Below are positions 1 through 11,663 of a DNA stretch of 64,000 nucleotides, piece by piece. The stretch's first letter is position 1; each line of letters opens with the position of its first letter. Location of the stretch: positions 1,759,573-1,823,572 of the forward strand of contig OZ316899.1 of assembly GCA_973895155.1 (NCBI GenBank), read 5' to 3'. The notes under the pieces are model-generated. The model was not told the origin of the DNA. It saw nothing but the letters and a program-made list of their open reading frames with translations, and did no database searches. The DNA comes from Marsupella aquatica (lineage: Eukaryota; Plantae; Marchantiophyta). Both the position numbers and the translations under genes were made by a program.

Positions 1-544
1 ACCAATTCCATTAATACCAAATAGTGTGACTACTTGTACAAAACAAGATTCATGATTGGTTTCATGCAAAAAAATTGGTATCAATAGACACTCCATAGAT
101 GTTGTCGTTTGTAAGAATAACCGTCAGGCCAAAGTGAGGACGGCTTGGCCTTGCCCACAACTGCAAAATAATCATGGACTAATGCTGAACATGTCAATGG
201 CCATGCATGGGCCTCACTATATACACAATGTCTGAATGATATTTATGGGAGTTATAGGGTATCCACTTACTAACATATAGTAATACTTAGTTTTAGTTCA
301 ATTACTTTGTAACCATTCCCAAGGGTCCTTTTATAAGGAATATGTACCATTTTGGATCCATGCTATTTGCACCAACTTATTTGGAGATTGGAGGGCCTAT
401 ATGAGGGGTCCAAATCCCTCCTCCATAATGTATTTCCTAATCTAATTTAGGGGTGCCCTAACACATGCCTCAAGGACTCACTTAGAGGCACCACTTAATT
501 ACGCTCTCACTAACCCTAAACAAGGGAGTTCCATTACTTCCGGA

Positions 545-900
545 TTCCCTCTTGATGTTCTCACTTCTCACTTCTCACTCTCTCGCTTGCGCTCTCCCTC
601 TCGCTCTCTCGCTCACGCTCTCTCGCTCGCGCTCTCCCTCTCGCTCTCTCGCTTGCGCTCTCCCTCTCGCTTGATTATTTGCTTGCGCTCGATCACTTGC
701 TCGATCACTCGCTTGATCACTCGCTCCTCCTTTCATCAATTGATCGATCACTCGCTCCTCCTTTCATCAATCGATCAATCACTCACTCCTCCTCGCTCAT
801 TCCTCCCTCGATACCTCACTCGCTTGATCATTCGCTTGCTCATCTGGGCACTCGCTCAAGCTCATTGCTCACTCATTCCATTTGTGCTTTAGCTCTACTC
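545..900. repeat. CT/CTCG-rich low-complexity tract
   Basis: Reiterated ctct/ctcgct/cactcgcttgat units; source of the Ser/Leu-rich ORFs 587-892 and 679-984. Confidence 0.85.
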
Positions 901-1549
901 TCGCTCTGCTACTATTGCTTGTACTTCTGCTCGAACTGTGCTGTTGTTGCTCTCCTGCTGCTCCTCAGTCCTCTGGTTAGTTGAGCTGCTCATTCTGTGG
1001 TTGATTGTCTCCGACTACTTCAGCTCCTCAGCTCATCGACTGGTTTAGGGCATCAACAGTTTCAGGTGATCAACTCCTCCTGCTTGACAGCTCCTTCTCC
1101 TGAGATTGGTAATGTCAGATTTATCCTGTAACTTCAATTGTCCACTTTGTGTATGTTCTACTGTACATGTTTGAACACTTGAAGAGGTCTTTTCATGGCT
1201 TCTTGTTTTAGGGCTTGTAGTTTCCAGCTGCTTCAGTCTACTAGTGATAGTTTCCATTGTTCTTATGACAATTCAGTCTCAGTGGATGTTAATGGATGTT
1301 TTAAGTAACGCTAGGTTTCCTCATTCAGGTGCAGGCCTCTCTTTCATCAATCACTCACAAAGATCTCACCCAACTATATCATTTGCGGATTTAGGTGACA
1401 ATCCACTCTCTCTTTTAGGAACTAGTCCTTGATTTGATGCATTAAACAAATCCCGTGCTTTCTTGTACGAATATAATTTTGGGTTTAGATTATCTTTAGT
1501 AGAATCTCAGATCCTCTTCATAAGTCTTCTCCTTCTTGACGGGATCCAC

Positions 1550-2205
1550 TTATTCCACGGAACGGTGTCCCGCCTGCTCTTGAACGATGTCGCACACCCC
1601 ACAGCACAGTCTTCCGCCCGCTGTGAAACCACGTCACACACCGAATGGCATACTCTTGGTGTCTCGCTGATCGATGGGGTCAAAAAACCCCACGAAACGG
1701 TGTTCCGCCTGCTCTCAAACCTCTTTGAGAGAATATATAGGACGGATGTTGTTCCGCCCTGGATGAACCTTCATCCAACATCAGGCTGAACGTTGTTCCG
1801 CTTGCTCTGAAATTCAATCCAGCCAAGGAAAGAAAATGTTCACCCCACGCAGGTCCTCAGTTGAACACCTGGCGGGACGGTGTTCCGCCAACTCTGAAAT
1901 TCAGTTCCGCCCAGTAAAGAAAAATCTTCGGCTCAAGGTGAATCTAAGTGGTCCACCCACTCAAATGCACTTCCGCCTCCTCTGAAATTCAGTGCGGGCC
2001 AGGAATCAATAGGGTTCCTCCCAAGCTAAATCTATCTGGAATACCCCACGGAATGCTGTTCCGCCTGCTGGAACAAAATATCCAAAATAGAGTCCGCAAT
2101 AGCATAGCTCTCGAGGGAACAGTGTTCCGCCCGAACCAAGCCAATCACCAAGCTGAAGTTGTCTTCAGCTTGAGTGCAGGTACCCTGCAGAACAGTGTTC
2201 CGTCG
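1550..2205. repeat. Dispersed array of GGAAC-N3-GTTCCG-like palindromic motifs upstream of the F-box-like gene
   Basis: About 10 full or half copies (e.g. acggaacggtgtcccg ~1557, aacggtgttccg ~1695, gacggtgttccg ~1876, ggaacagtgttccg ~2117) separated by non-identical spacers. Confidence 0.75.
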
Positions 2206-2256
2206 GATAGAAAGTGTAAGATATTAGTATGTTGGACAAGGCGACAAAAACTCTGA

Positions 2257-3122
2257 CTCTCAAGGAAATCTCATGCAATTGCAGACACGGTGGAAAAAGG
2301 CGTTCAGTGTTTCAATAAGTTTTGCGCAACATTTGATAGACATATCACACTCCAGCGTTCTCGTACGCAAGAATACGATCTCTTGGGAAAAAGTCTACTC
2401 CCAGGGCTTCCCAACGAACTCGTGGAGTAGTTAATCTGGAATATATGTCTAGGATCATTTAACACCTTGGCAGATCAAAGTTCATTCTTGGATTCAGAAT
2501 TGAATTCATTTATTTTGATGAGGTCTGTCTCTTGCAGGTGGCGCCACTTGATAAATAATACGTACATCATGGGCGTCCTCAAGATGACTATTTTAGACTT
2601 TCAACCCAAGGAAGCCAAGTTTCCAATTGATTTCATTCTTGCACCTCTTCTCGAACAAACTACCTATAGCTTCTTTCGAAAGTATCCAAAAATTAAATTC
2701 TTGGGATTGATGCCCAAGAACCTTCGAGAAAAATTCACAAAGGCGTATGACTTACTGCATCCCATTGAAAAATGGGATTTTACTCTACTCTGTTACGAAA
2801 CCAGATATCTCAAGAATGGCTTCAAATCTAGATAGAATTTGCTCCTAATAAGTTCCGTTTGATCAATCCGACAGGATGGACGAAGTCTCTAGCAGAGCCT
2901 TGCAGGTCGAGAAGGTTTGCAATCTACTCAAAGATCTTGAGAAAGTGGCAAATTTTGAAAGACGAAGGCTCAATCCCGATTCCCTATACATGGAAGGTCT
3001 GCCAGACAATTTGGTCATTGACAAAATTTGGCCTCTTTTGATGGATCACAGTCTTCAATGCGGAGGACTTGATCAAGAATCATTTGTCTCGAGGACAACT
3101 GCCATGATCAGACTTGCGTCAT
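2257..3122 (+). pseudogene. Tandem two-F-box-like protein, 5' part (split by solo LTR A)
   Basis: SLLPGLPNELVE*LIW...LMRSVSCRWRHLI (TAG 2428-2430) and a second motif EGLPDNLVIDKIWPLL...IRLAS running into the LTR; frame break near 2835-2875. Confidence 0.55.
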
Positions 3123-3612
3123 TGTGACGCGGATGACATGGTCCTTATTCTATAATCTGAGTAAGTAGGTTGCTGTATGCAAGGAGTAGCTATTGATATT
3201 GCATAACAATTAGCAAGCTGGCAAGAATAAGGGCAATCATGGCATTAGAGTAGGGATAAAGGTATTTCAGCTTGAAGACTGCACAACCAAGGCAGACACA
3301 GTTGAGGTAGTCACTGTCAAGGCCACAAAGGAGAAACTGGGGAAGAGAGGATTCAGCTCTTCAAGCATACCATCTTCTTGACAAGCAAGATGGAGCATGG
3401 AGGCTCTTCAAGACGCCGGTACGGAGGTAGGCATGGTAATTCAAGGAAGCAAGTCTCCATAGCTGAATATGAAGTTGTGGGGTATGGTGACTGTGCTCAG
3501 GATGAAATCTAAATGTCTTGGGTGTGTAGCTTCATTTTGTTAGTTAGGTTAGTGGTTCATAGTCTAGTCTTAGAATGTTAGGGAAATAAAAGGCTATGTC
3601 GCGGGTGGTCGG

Positions 3613-5499
3613 TGTAGTTTGCTATGAAGAACCAAAAACACACTTAAAGGTCTTCAAACTCGGTATTCGTTCCCGTAAAGAACAAGATGGGGTTGGTTTG
3701 ATAGATTTAAACAATAATAAAGAACCAAAAATGTTTTCCACACATAGTAATCAAGTTTGATTACTTTAATAAGGTATTTTGAAGATCGCTCCACAGCGGT
3801 GAGTAGTTTTTAATGGTAACTCAGCATTGGGTAACCATAAATTAATGAAAAGGAAATGATTAACCAAACACAAGAGAAAATAATCTCAAAGTACGCTAAG
3901 GGAGTCTGGAATAGACCAAGGTTACTCCTTAGACATAAGTCAAAATGAAAAGACTTAAGGATTCAAATCCATATTGCTTTTCAGATCTAAACTGCTTACT
4001 AGAATACCTTTTAAAATGCCATCAACATGTCTTATCCTTTCTTTCTAAGTGGTACTCAGATAAGATCTAAAAGGTAGCTACTTCAACATTTAGATGGTAC
4101 TAAGTATCATGAAAGAAAATCCATCAAATTCATTAAGACATAAACTCAATGAGTTAACTTTAAGAACTTAGGAATTTGTAATGAGTCACCAAGGAGGAAT
4201 CTGTCATCACAAGATCCAAAGATTTCTTACAAATGCAATTTTACTTCATGTGTTTATGATAAGTGTGTAGAAACACAAGAAGGAGGTAAGTCTCTCCTGT
4301 TATTAAGCCTGATTTAGAACTCATAGGTTCAGAATCAATACTTAACAAGAGGGAGAGGCAAAAATGCACAACTTAACCATAATCTACACTAGTGGTAGAG
4401 TTATCTTATAGTCAAAATCTACCGAATGAGAGGTCACAGGGTCAAAGAGACATGCCTCTTCATACCCTTCAAAAAGTTAAAATGACGATTCAGTAAGTGA
4501 AAAGCCGGAAAAATGGGTTAGTATGAACTCGTAAACTAGTAAGCTAGTAAACTCGTAAGAAGTTTACTTAGCGAAACTCGTAATCGTAAACTAGTAACTC
4601 TTAAACTAGTAAACTTGTAATGCGGTATTCTTAAAGACTTGATGAATTCAACTATTTTTAACTTCCTAACTATAAGTAAAAAAACTCAAAGGTTTTGCCA
4701 GCAGGCTTTCCTAGGTATAGACTATATACTGAAGAAGTATGACAGCTTCCAAAGCTCTAGTATGCATTTATAAAAATCAGATAAGATGCACTACTCTTAA
4801 AACTAACTAAATCACTTAAGACTACTCCTCAAGCTTGTTGTCGGATGTCTTATGGTTCGAGTAGCTCCACTGCTGTGATAGTTCAATTATGTGTAACTTC
4901 CATTAGTTCAGCCTGGCGTGGGGATCTTCGAGAATAGGGTAGGCATCTCAGTTGCCTTTCAGGATACATCAGGGGCATTCTCTTCCTTAGATAACATATG
5001 TCTATTTGAAGAGCTTCTCTATACATCCCAATCACGTCATAATTATTGCAAGTAGCAGCATATACTTGGGGATAATGGTATAGGAATTCATCAGAGTTCA
5101 GCATCCTGGAATAGAAAGGGTGAAGTCTCCATCTGACATCTCTGAAGTACCGGTTGAAGCTGGCCAGAGTTTGAGAGGTAAGGTGGAAGAGAAGTCAGTA
5201 ATGAGCGCCTATGTCTTGCATTCCTTCCCTTTCAAGGTGAGCTCTTCATCCGTTGTGGAGTCCCGTTGAACTAGTCGTAAGATGTCACGATCACAGGGTC
5301 GCCAACTCTTAAGGCGTAACTCGTAAACTCATAAAGCAGTGAACTAGTAAACTCGTAAACTGAGTTTACTCGTAACTTAGGAACTTAGTAACTTTGAATG
5401 CTGTTTCAGTTACAGTTAGCAATAATTGCAGTCTAAACACCGTAAAAAATTTAAATTTTTTTAGTTTCTTCATGCTTTTGGAATTACCCACTACTTACA
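3613..5499. mobile_element. Nested TG...CA insertion, probable solo LTR of a different family
   Basis: TGTAG...TTACA ends; TSD GTCGG at 3608-3612 and 5500-5504; empty site with a single GTCGG in the sister LTR B near 14360-14380. Confidence 0.85.
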
Positions 5500-5664
5500 G
5501 TCGGCGACCATATCTCATTCAATACGTCACCAAATCCGGATCTGTAAAGAGCATTGGAAAGATCTGGTCAAGGTGAGTAAAATAGATATAAAACACTTGG
5601 GAAACAGAGGTGTATTAAGGAAGATATGGCCTGATTAGTGTGACGGGTTAACTTGTGGCCAGAA

Positions 5665-6045
5665 TTAGCGGGTTCGGCTTCGGTTTCGGGTTAACCTAAG
5701 CTCGGCCACGGCTTAGCTTATGTGAGCACGACTTCAGCTTAGCTCATGTAAGCACGGCTTCAGCTTAGCTCAGGTCAGCATGGCTTCAGCCTAGCTCAGG
5801 TCAGCACAGTTTCAGCTTAGGCTTAACCCGGGTTCGGATTAGGTTGATCCCGGGTTAGACTGAACTCGGGTTAGCCTAAACTCGGGCTTGGGTTAGCATA
5901 GGTAAGTTCGGGTTCGGGCTCAGCTTACCCTAGGTTAGTGGATAGCGGGTAGCGGCCTAACCCGAGACCACGGGTTAGCTCTACTCGGGTTAGATAGGAT
6001 AGCTAGGTTAGCCAAACTCGGGTTACCTATGTAACTCGGGTTAGC
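5665..6045. repeat. Minisatellite-like block in LTR A (cttcagcttagctca and ctcgggttag units)
   Basis: Direct inspection of reiterated units. Confidence 0.75.
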
Positions 6046-7791
6046 ATAGCAGTGAGTACCCCCTCTCGGTTACGGGGACATAACTTTCTGTGTATTTGAC
6101 CAAATCGGCTATAATTGACCTCGTTGAAAAGAGGAGCTCAAGCCGCTTCCAATGTATCCACGCAGCAAATGGTTGAATAGAGAAATTGGGAGAGGAGGCG
6201 CAAGCTCGCAAAAACCATGGAGGAGGGCCAAATCCGAAGAACATAGCCAATTCGAGATAGAAATAAAGTTGCGAATTAGGGTTCAGTAGTTAGAGATAGT
6301 GGCGACTCTGTTAGGGCTGGGATGGGGCTCCAACAACGTAGTATCCACCCATTTGGGCTCAGTATGAGAGTATATAGAGCAGCCCCCGGTAGAGGCAGGG
6401 GGGACTTCAGTTGTGTGATCTCACGTAGACTGAGCAGCAGGGAGGAGCTCTGTTCAAGGAAGGCTGGGCTTGGAAGCTGTGTGTTGGGGAGAGCTTGGTT
6501 GTGCTATTACTTAGGGAGTAATCAGCCACGCTTCACAGCAATAGTTGGCCAGGTTTGCAAGCTGGATTGTGGCTCTTTCTAGTAGGCAACACAACTGGGT
6601 TCTTTTCCCCCAATACATAGCCTTGGTGATAGGTGATGTGTTGGTGATTGTAAACTGTGGGGAGGATTTCAATGTGATTTGCGGTGAGCACATTAGGAAG
6701 GCTGAGACACTGATTGAGGGGCAGCAGGAGGAGCATTTACAGTTCAGTCTGGCAAGGCTACGTGATCCATGGGGAGTCCCGGCCTTTGTCTGGTAGAGAG
6801 CACTAAGGGATTTATGGCCAGAGTTGAGCTTGCAGGGCAAGCGTGAGGCCGGGCCTCATTGCAGTTTGGGATAGATTGTCGTTAGGCCTGGTACCAGCTT
6901 TGAAGTCAAGTCAACTGTGCATGCGTAACTTGACGTTCTGAATTGGAGGTGTGAGATCTGTACGTGCCCCCAAGAATGAAGTGCAGTGAAGGAGGTTGAG
7001 TTCAGGATTGAGTTTGCAAGGCAAGTACGGGATTGGTTTGAGTCCAATCTGCCGTTGCAATCTAGAGTGAGTCGGGCTCAGGTTCAGGATTGAGCTTGCA
7101 TGGCAAGCATGGGGCTTGCGGGGCAAGCACGTCGCAATCTGGAGGAGACAGCCTTTGGGCCTATTATTCGGATCAAGTGTTCTCAGTGAACTATTGTGCA
7201 CATCTTTGAATCTAATTGAGTTTTCCTCTCAGGCCTCATTTCTCTCATGGATGTGTGTGTGTGTGTGTGAGGCAATGTGAGTGTATGATGGAACTAGCAG
7301 TGCCACTGAGAGGTGTACCGGGTGCATTGAAGTGGGTTGGGTGAGGGCTGTCACAACTCTAATTGCTGAGAGTGGAATGGCAGAGTGGTGGGGCAATGGC
7401 TTAGAAGTCCCTAAGCCGGGAATCAGTCAGGAGTCACTGGTTTATGGGTACATTCTGGTGGCGGAATAGAAATATACCTGTGACAGTAAGCATACGTATA
7501 GACATATGCGCACCATAGCGCTAGGCCCTGTGTGTACGGGCCCGATATGAAGACCCCTTCTCACCAGAACTATCATGAGCACATGATCTGATTCCCAACC
7601 TTGGTTCTTAGGGATTGAGCTTGGGTGATGTGTGACGGAGTCTTGCTATGATAGTCTGGTGTTAAGGGCATAAACTGGTGTTTACCGGCCTTCACAACAT
7701 CCCTTCGTGATCCTCAGGTACAAGGAGATGGTTTTGGCACCCATAGTGACGTTTTTGGTGTTAAGACCCATGTCAATCGCGTGACAGTCAT

Positions 7792-8054
7792 GCAACAAGA
7801 AGTGGCAATTTTTAGTAAAACTTACAAAATTTTGGTTTGCTCTAATAGAAGCAAACGAGAAAATAGAGAAGATCAACGACAAAATTTCTACCATTCCAGA
7901 AGCCAACCTTTTAACACCGCGCCATCTGCTACACGTCTTTAGAGACAACCTCTACGACTTTCCGAATATTGAGATACTTGGATCACTTCTTCCGGTGGAC
8001 AGTTGCATATTTTGGATGTTGTGGGAAAATTTAATGTTGAGGAGAGGGAAGTAG
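7792..8054 (+). pseudogene. Tandem two-F-box-like protein, 3' part
   Basis: Removing LTR A plus one TSD gives an open join IRLAS|CNKKWQFLVKLTKFW...RRGK* completing the second F-box-like motif. Confidence 0.6.
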
Positions 8055-8243
8055 TCTAGAATAGATTCTAGGTCCGACCAAAATGAGTACTCAAGGACTT
8101 GATGTATTCCAAAACTTTCCAATAAAATGCTCGGACAACTTTTTGGGATATTGTTCTGTTAACTCCTTCAGTTCATTAGTAGCAGACGGAACGGTGTTTT
8201 GCCAGTTGACCAACATCACTCTCCTAATTGTTTTTTTGTGCAG

Positions 8244-11200
8244 ATGGATTCCACCATGACTTCGTCGTCAAAAAGAAAGGCTGAGTCCAAAACACCCCAA
8301 AGGAATAAAGTTTGGAAGGTGACTCATCGTGACGTTGACATTTCGCTGGGAAGATTCAAGGGGGCAAAAATTCCAAAGGTTTTTTGTGACGAGTCAAAAT
8401 CAGTCCATCCCTTGAAGATGGAAAAATGTCAAAGATGGGGGGTGGTTTGGTACGGAGGATGCCTTTGTCTTTGTGTCAAGACAGAGTCACTCTCCGTAAT
8501 AGCCGACCACAAGATAGTCGGTTTGTTCTTCAAACAAAACCTTGGTCTTGTCGAGTATCAAGAGTGTCTCTACCTATTGCTGGAAGATATCGAGGAGCAA
8601 ACCAAAATTGCTGTTTGCTTGAGACTCCCAGAGTACAACAAGTTTGACCAAGCGGGGATTGACGTGGAGTTGGAAAAGACAGAGAAGTACAAAGATTTCA
8701 CTTCCCACCGCCTACTCAATGAAGACATCCGTTTCCCAATAGCACCAGAAGTAGTTTCCGGAGATACTCTTACCTTCTACTTCACTAGTATTTTTGAGTG
8801 GAGTAAGGAAGATTTTGTTTGAGACTTCATCGTAGGGAGAAAAGGGGAGATCCGTCCGGGAAATCTTCCAGATGAAGTTAACGACAAGAATGCAAAGGGA
8901 ATGTTCAGTAATCTTTTGAATGAATACAAATCAGTGACTTTGTTTGAAGGAAAATCCTTTGAGCTGGCAACACTTCGATGTAAATTAGGACCTGATGACT
9001 ACAAATGCCAAGTCTTTGATCGGAAATATTGTGAAGTTCTAAAGGGGTCAATGATGGGTCATTCTTCCCTCGCACTCGAGAAGACTTGAGTCTACCTCGT
9101 TCCAGTCCAGTGGGATGCAGGCAAAGCTAAGAACGATCCATTCTACAATGGAACTCCCTTCAAGTCTTGACCGACACTTGAAGATGTGAAGAATTGCTAC
9201 TTCTGGATAATTGGAGGACAACATACAATTGAGGCTTACAAATTGCTGATTGCCGATCCAAAATTTGATTCGAAAAAAAAAGAGGAACTCCTCATGGTTA
9301 CAGCCACTCTCTTCTGGACACTGTTCAATCTCGTTGGGAATACAAAGATTATGGGCCTTTCAAAGCTTTGAACAACATGAACAAGGCAACAATGCCAGAA
9401 AGTCAGTTTCTTCTGATGGCAAAGCAAGTCAGGAAAATCTGGGTGTCGGCCGGGAGACCACCATCATTGAGCGGACAAAAAGCAAATTCAATGTGGAAGG
9501 TATGTTAAGTTTTCTTTGACTTGGGGTCATTTGATAAATAATTGCAAGAGCTCAACCCGCGGAACAGTGTTCCGTGGGATCCTGAGATCTTCATTATTCT
9601 TATCTTTCTCACTTTGCTTTCTATATTTGCAGCCATTTTGTGCAGCGGCCCATATTGCGTACCCAACAGCTGTCATGGTCAATGGAAACATGAGATTCAT
9701 TGAGATGGCACCGTTTTTGTTTGAGATGAAGGATGACACGTTTGAGCTCTAGATGGAAGTTCAAAGTCTCTCAGAAGATGGTCTGCTCATCCACTCAAAT
9801 AAAGTTCTCCAGCACATAGCAAAGCCATATCAGGATAGAACAACGTGGCATCTCCGGAGAAGGTTTTTCCGGCATATGCAAGGTCTTGAAGATCGAGATC
9901 TGAAAAAGCTGGCAAAGTATTTGATTTCAAGAGAGAAGGTGTCGCTCTTCCCGAATAGGATGAATGACAAGAATTACGACCCTGTTCAAATGGAAGGGTG
10001 GAGGTCACTTGAGGAGTTTTGCCTCGAGAAAATGAATAAGCGTATTTTTGAATGCATATTTTTGTTGGAGTTCACTGAGAGAAGAAAAATCAACGAATTC
10101 CGCATTTTGAGTAAAGATGAAAGGAAGGAGAAGGTTGCTGATGTTCGCAGCTTTTTCCATATTGATGGGCAGCGGATGCATATGCTAAGGGAGTTGCTAC
10201 CTGCTGGCCTATATCAATCTGGAAGGCTCCACAACATGAATTGGGCAGAACTGATCGATCTTATTCCGACTTCTTTCAAAGGTTTGGTCGACTCAATTTC
10301 AAGATCTGTCGACCGGAACGGAAATTTGCTTGTGGTGAAAAAAAATGATCTGTTTCATTTGCAATCGATTGAAGGGGTTGGAGGGAAGAACTATTTTGAT
10401 GGTTTGTCTCAAACCTATGAGAATACACCGGTGGACCTTTTCTATTTTGATTCGACGAGGACATCTGAGTATGGTCCATACGACCATCATTTCTATCGTC
10501 GGTTTTTCCAAGCAACTTCTACTATTGGAGGTGCGTGACATAAAGTTGTGCTGATAGTCAACCCTTTGGAGATTATTGACGTCATGCAAGGCATCACTCC
10601 AACAAAGAAATACATATGTCTCCCTACCCAACTCACTTTTCGGAGCTCCGAAAAAAACAAAAATGACATCTTGTTAGAAGCAGAATGCCGAAGAACACAG
10701 TATGTCTTGTATTCCTTTTTTGATGAAGCGTTTGTGGCTTTGACGCTTCCCGAAGAAAAGGAGTCATCTTTGAGAGACTCCTTGAGGGGGAAGCTTGCAA
10801 ATTATGACGAAGTCGACGTCGCAGAGAGTCTCAGCGACAAGAAAACTGCCACATATTTTTCTTATCTTGTGAAGCTATTTCTATCCTCTGGTGATTCCGT
10901 TGTTTGTTTTGGCAACAATCGTCGTCTCATCAAATGTTTAATGGTAAGTGTGATTTGTGAATTTATTTAAATTTACATGTTTCTCGCAAGTTTAAACTCA
11001 ATTCAATGACTAATGAACACAATTGATTCTCTGACATAGGGGAATTCTATATCTGTGACAAGTTTCTGCCCTGTCGAGAGCCACAACCTCTTGTCTGACT
11101 ACTTCAATGCGTTGTATCCGTCGTTCAAAGAGCCAAAATGTCCGAAGCGTGAGATATTTGAAAACCTCCTCCGGAGAAAGATTTTGAAGAAGAAGTCAAT

Positions 11201-11384
11201 TTTTGAAGTGAGGGACAATATCCTTGACATCCTCAACGAGAGCTATCAACTCACGGATTGTCAAATAGAGCATGTCATCAAGGAGTATGGGTTACAAGAG
11301 CGGCCTGATAACGATGATGATTGCCTTCTCTACTCCCTTCCTCAGATCCTTCCATCGGGACCTCTTGGCGATAAGTGTTTTTAA
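8244..11384 (+). pseudogene. ~970-aa three-exon protein: ParB/Sulfiredoxin-like domain plus degenerate beta-class N4/N6 DNA-methyltransferase-like domain
   Basis: Frame continues through TGA 8820, 9087, 9168, TAG 9750, TGA 10536 and one frameshift near 9365; phase-0 GT-AG introns 9500-9632 and 10944-11039; motifs YFWIIGGQHTIEAYKLL, PVDLFYFD, KKTATYFSYLVKLFLSSGDSVVCFG. Confidence 0.55.
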
Positions 11385-11439
11385 AGTTAAAGTTGATTTT
11401 GTGTTTCTGTGATCGTGCCATTGGAGTTGGAGATTTGCC

Positions 11440-11663
11440 GACAGAACTACGTTCCGCGGGACTACCCTAAATTTGCGGATGGAACGGTGTTCCGCCGGAT
11501 TCTTCTTAAGTCTTTGCTGACGAAACGGTGTTCCGCGCGCTTAGTCGGATTTGCCGACGGAACGCTGTTCCACGGGGTTCTTTGGATTTTTGAACAGAAA
11601 GGTGTTGCACGCGCTGAGTAGCATTGCAGACGGACCGGTCTGCCGCGTGCTTAGTGGGATTTC
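11440..11663. repeat. Degenerate ~37-bp tandem array with CGGAAC-N3-GTTCCG core, left part
   Basis: ggaacggtgttccg, gaaacggtgttccgcgcgcttagtcggattt, ggaacgctgttcca units; continues at 14531 after LTR B. Confidence 0.8.

Larger units (their letters stand above)
3123..7786. mobile_element. Solo LTR A (same family as solo LTR B, opposite orientation)
   Basis: TGTGAC...GTGACA ends; 5-bp TSD GTCAT at 3118-3122 and 7787-7791; colinear reverse-complement match to 11664-14526; no gag/pol. Confidence 0.9.

Noticed and set aside
587-984. Ser/Leu-rich ORFs as genes
   Set aside because: Translation of a CT-rich simple repeat
900-1520. Decayed minus-strand coding region
   Set aside because: One frame looks protein-like if many stops are read as Gln/Arg, but stop density is near random expectation and no motif is recognisable
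1550-2205. CRISPR-like repeat-spacer array
   Set aside because: Repeats are short and degenerate, spacing irregular, no cas genes, eukaryotic context
5860-6045. Interstitial telomere repeats
   Set aside because: ctcgggttag units only resemble TTTAGGG/TTAGGG, are not in register and are part of the LTR family
10380-11060. Active N4/N6 DNA methyltransferase
   Set aside because: DPPY-type and FxGxG motifs are not intact and the gene has nonsense lesions; only a degenerate fold-level similarity is claimed
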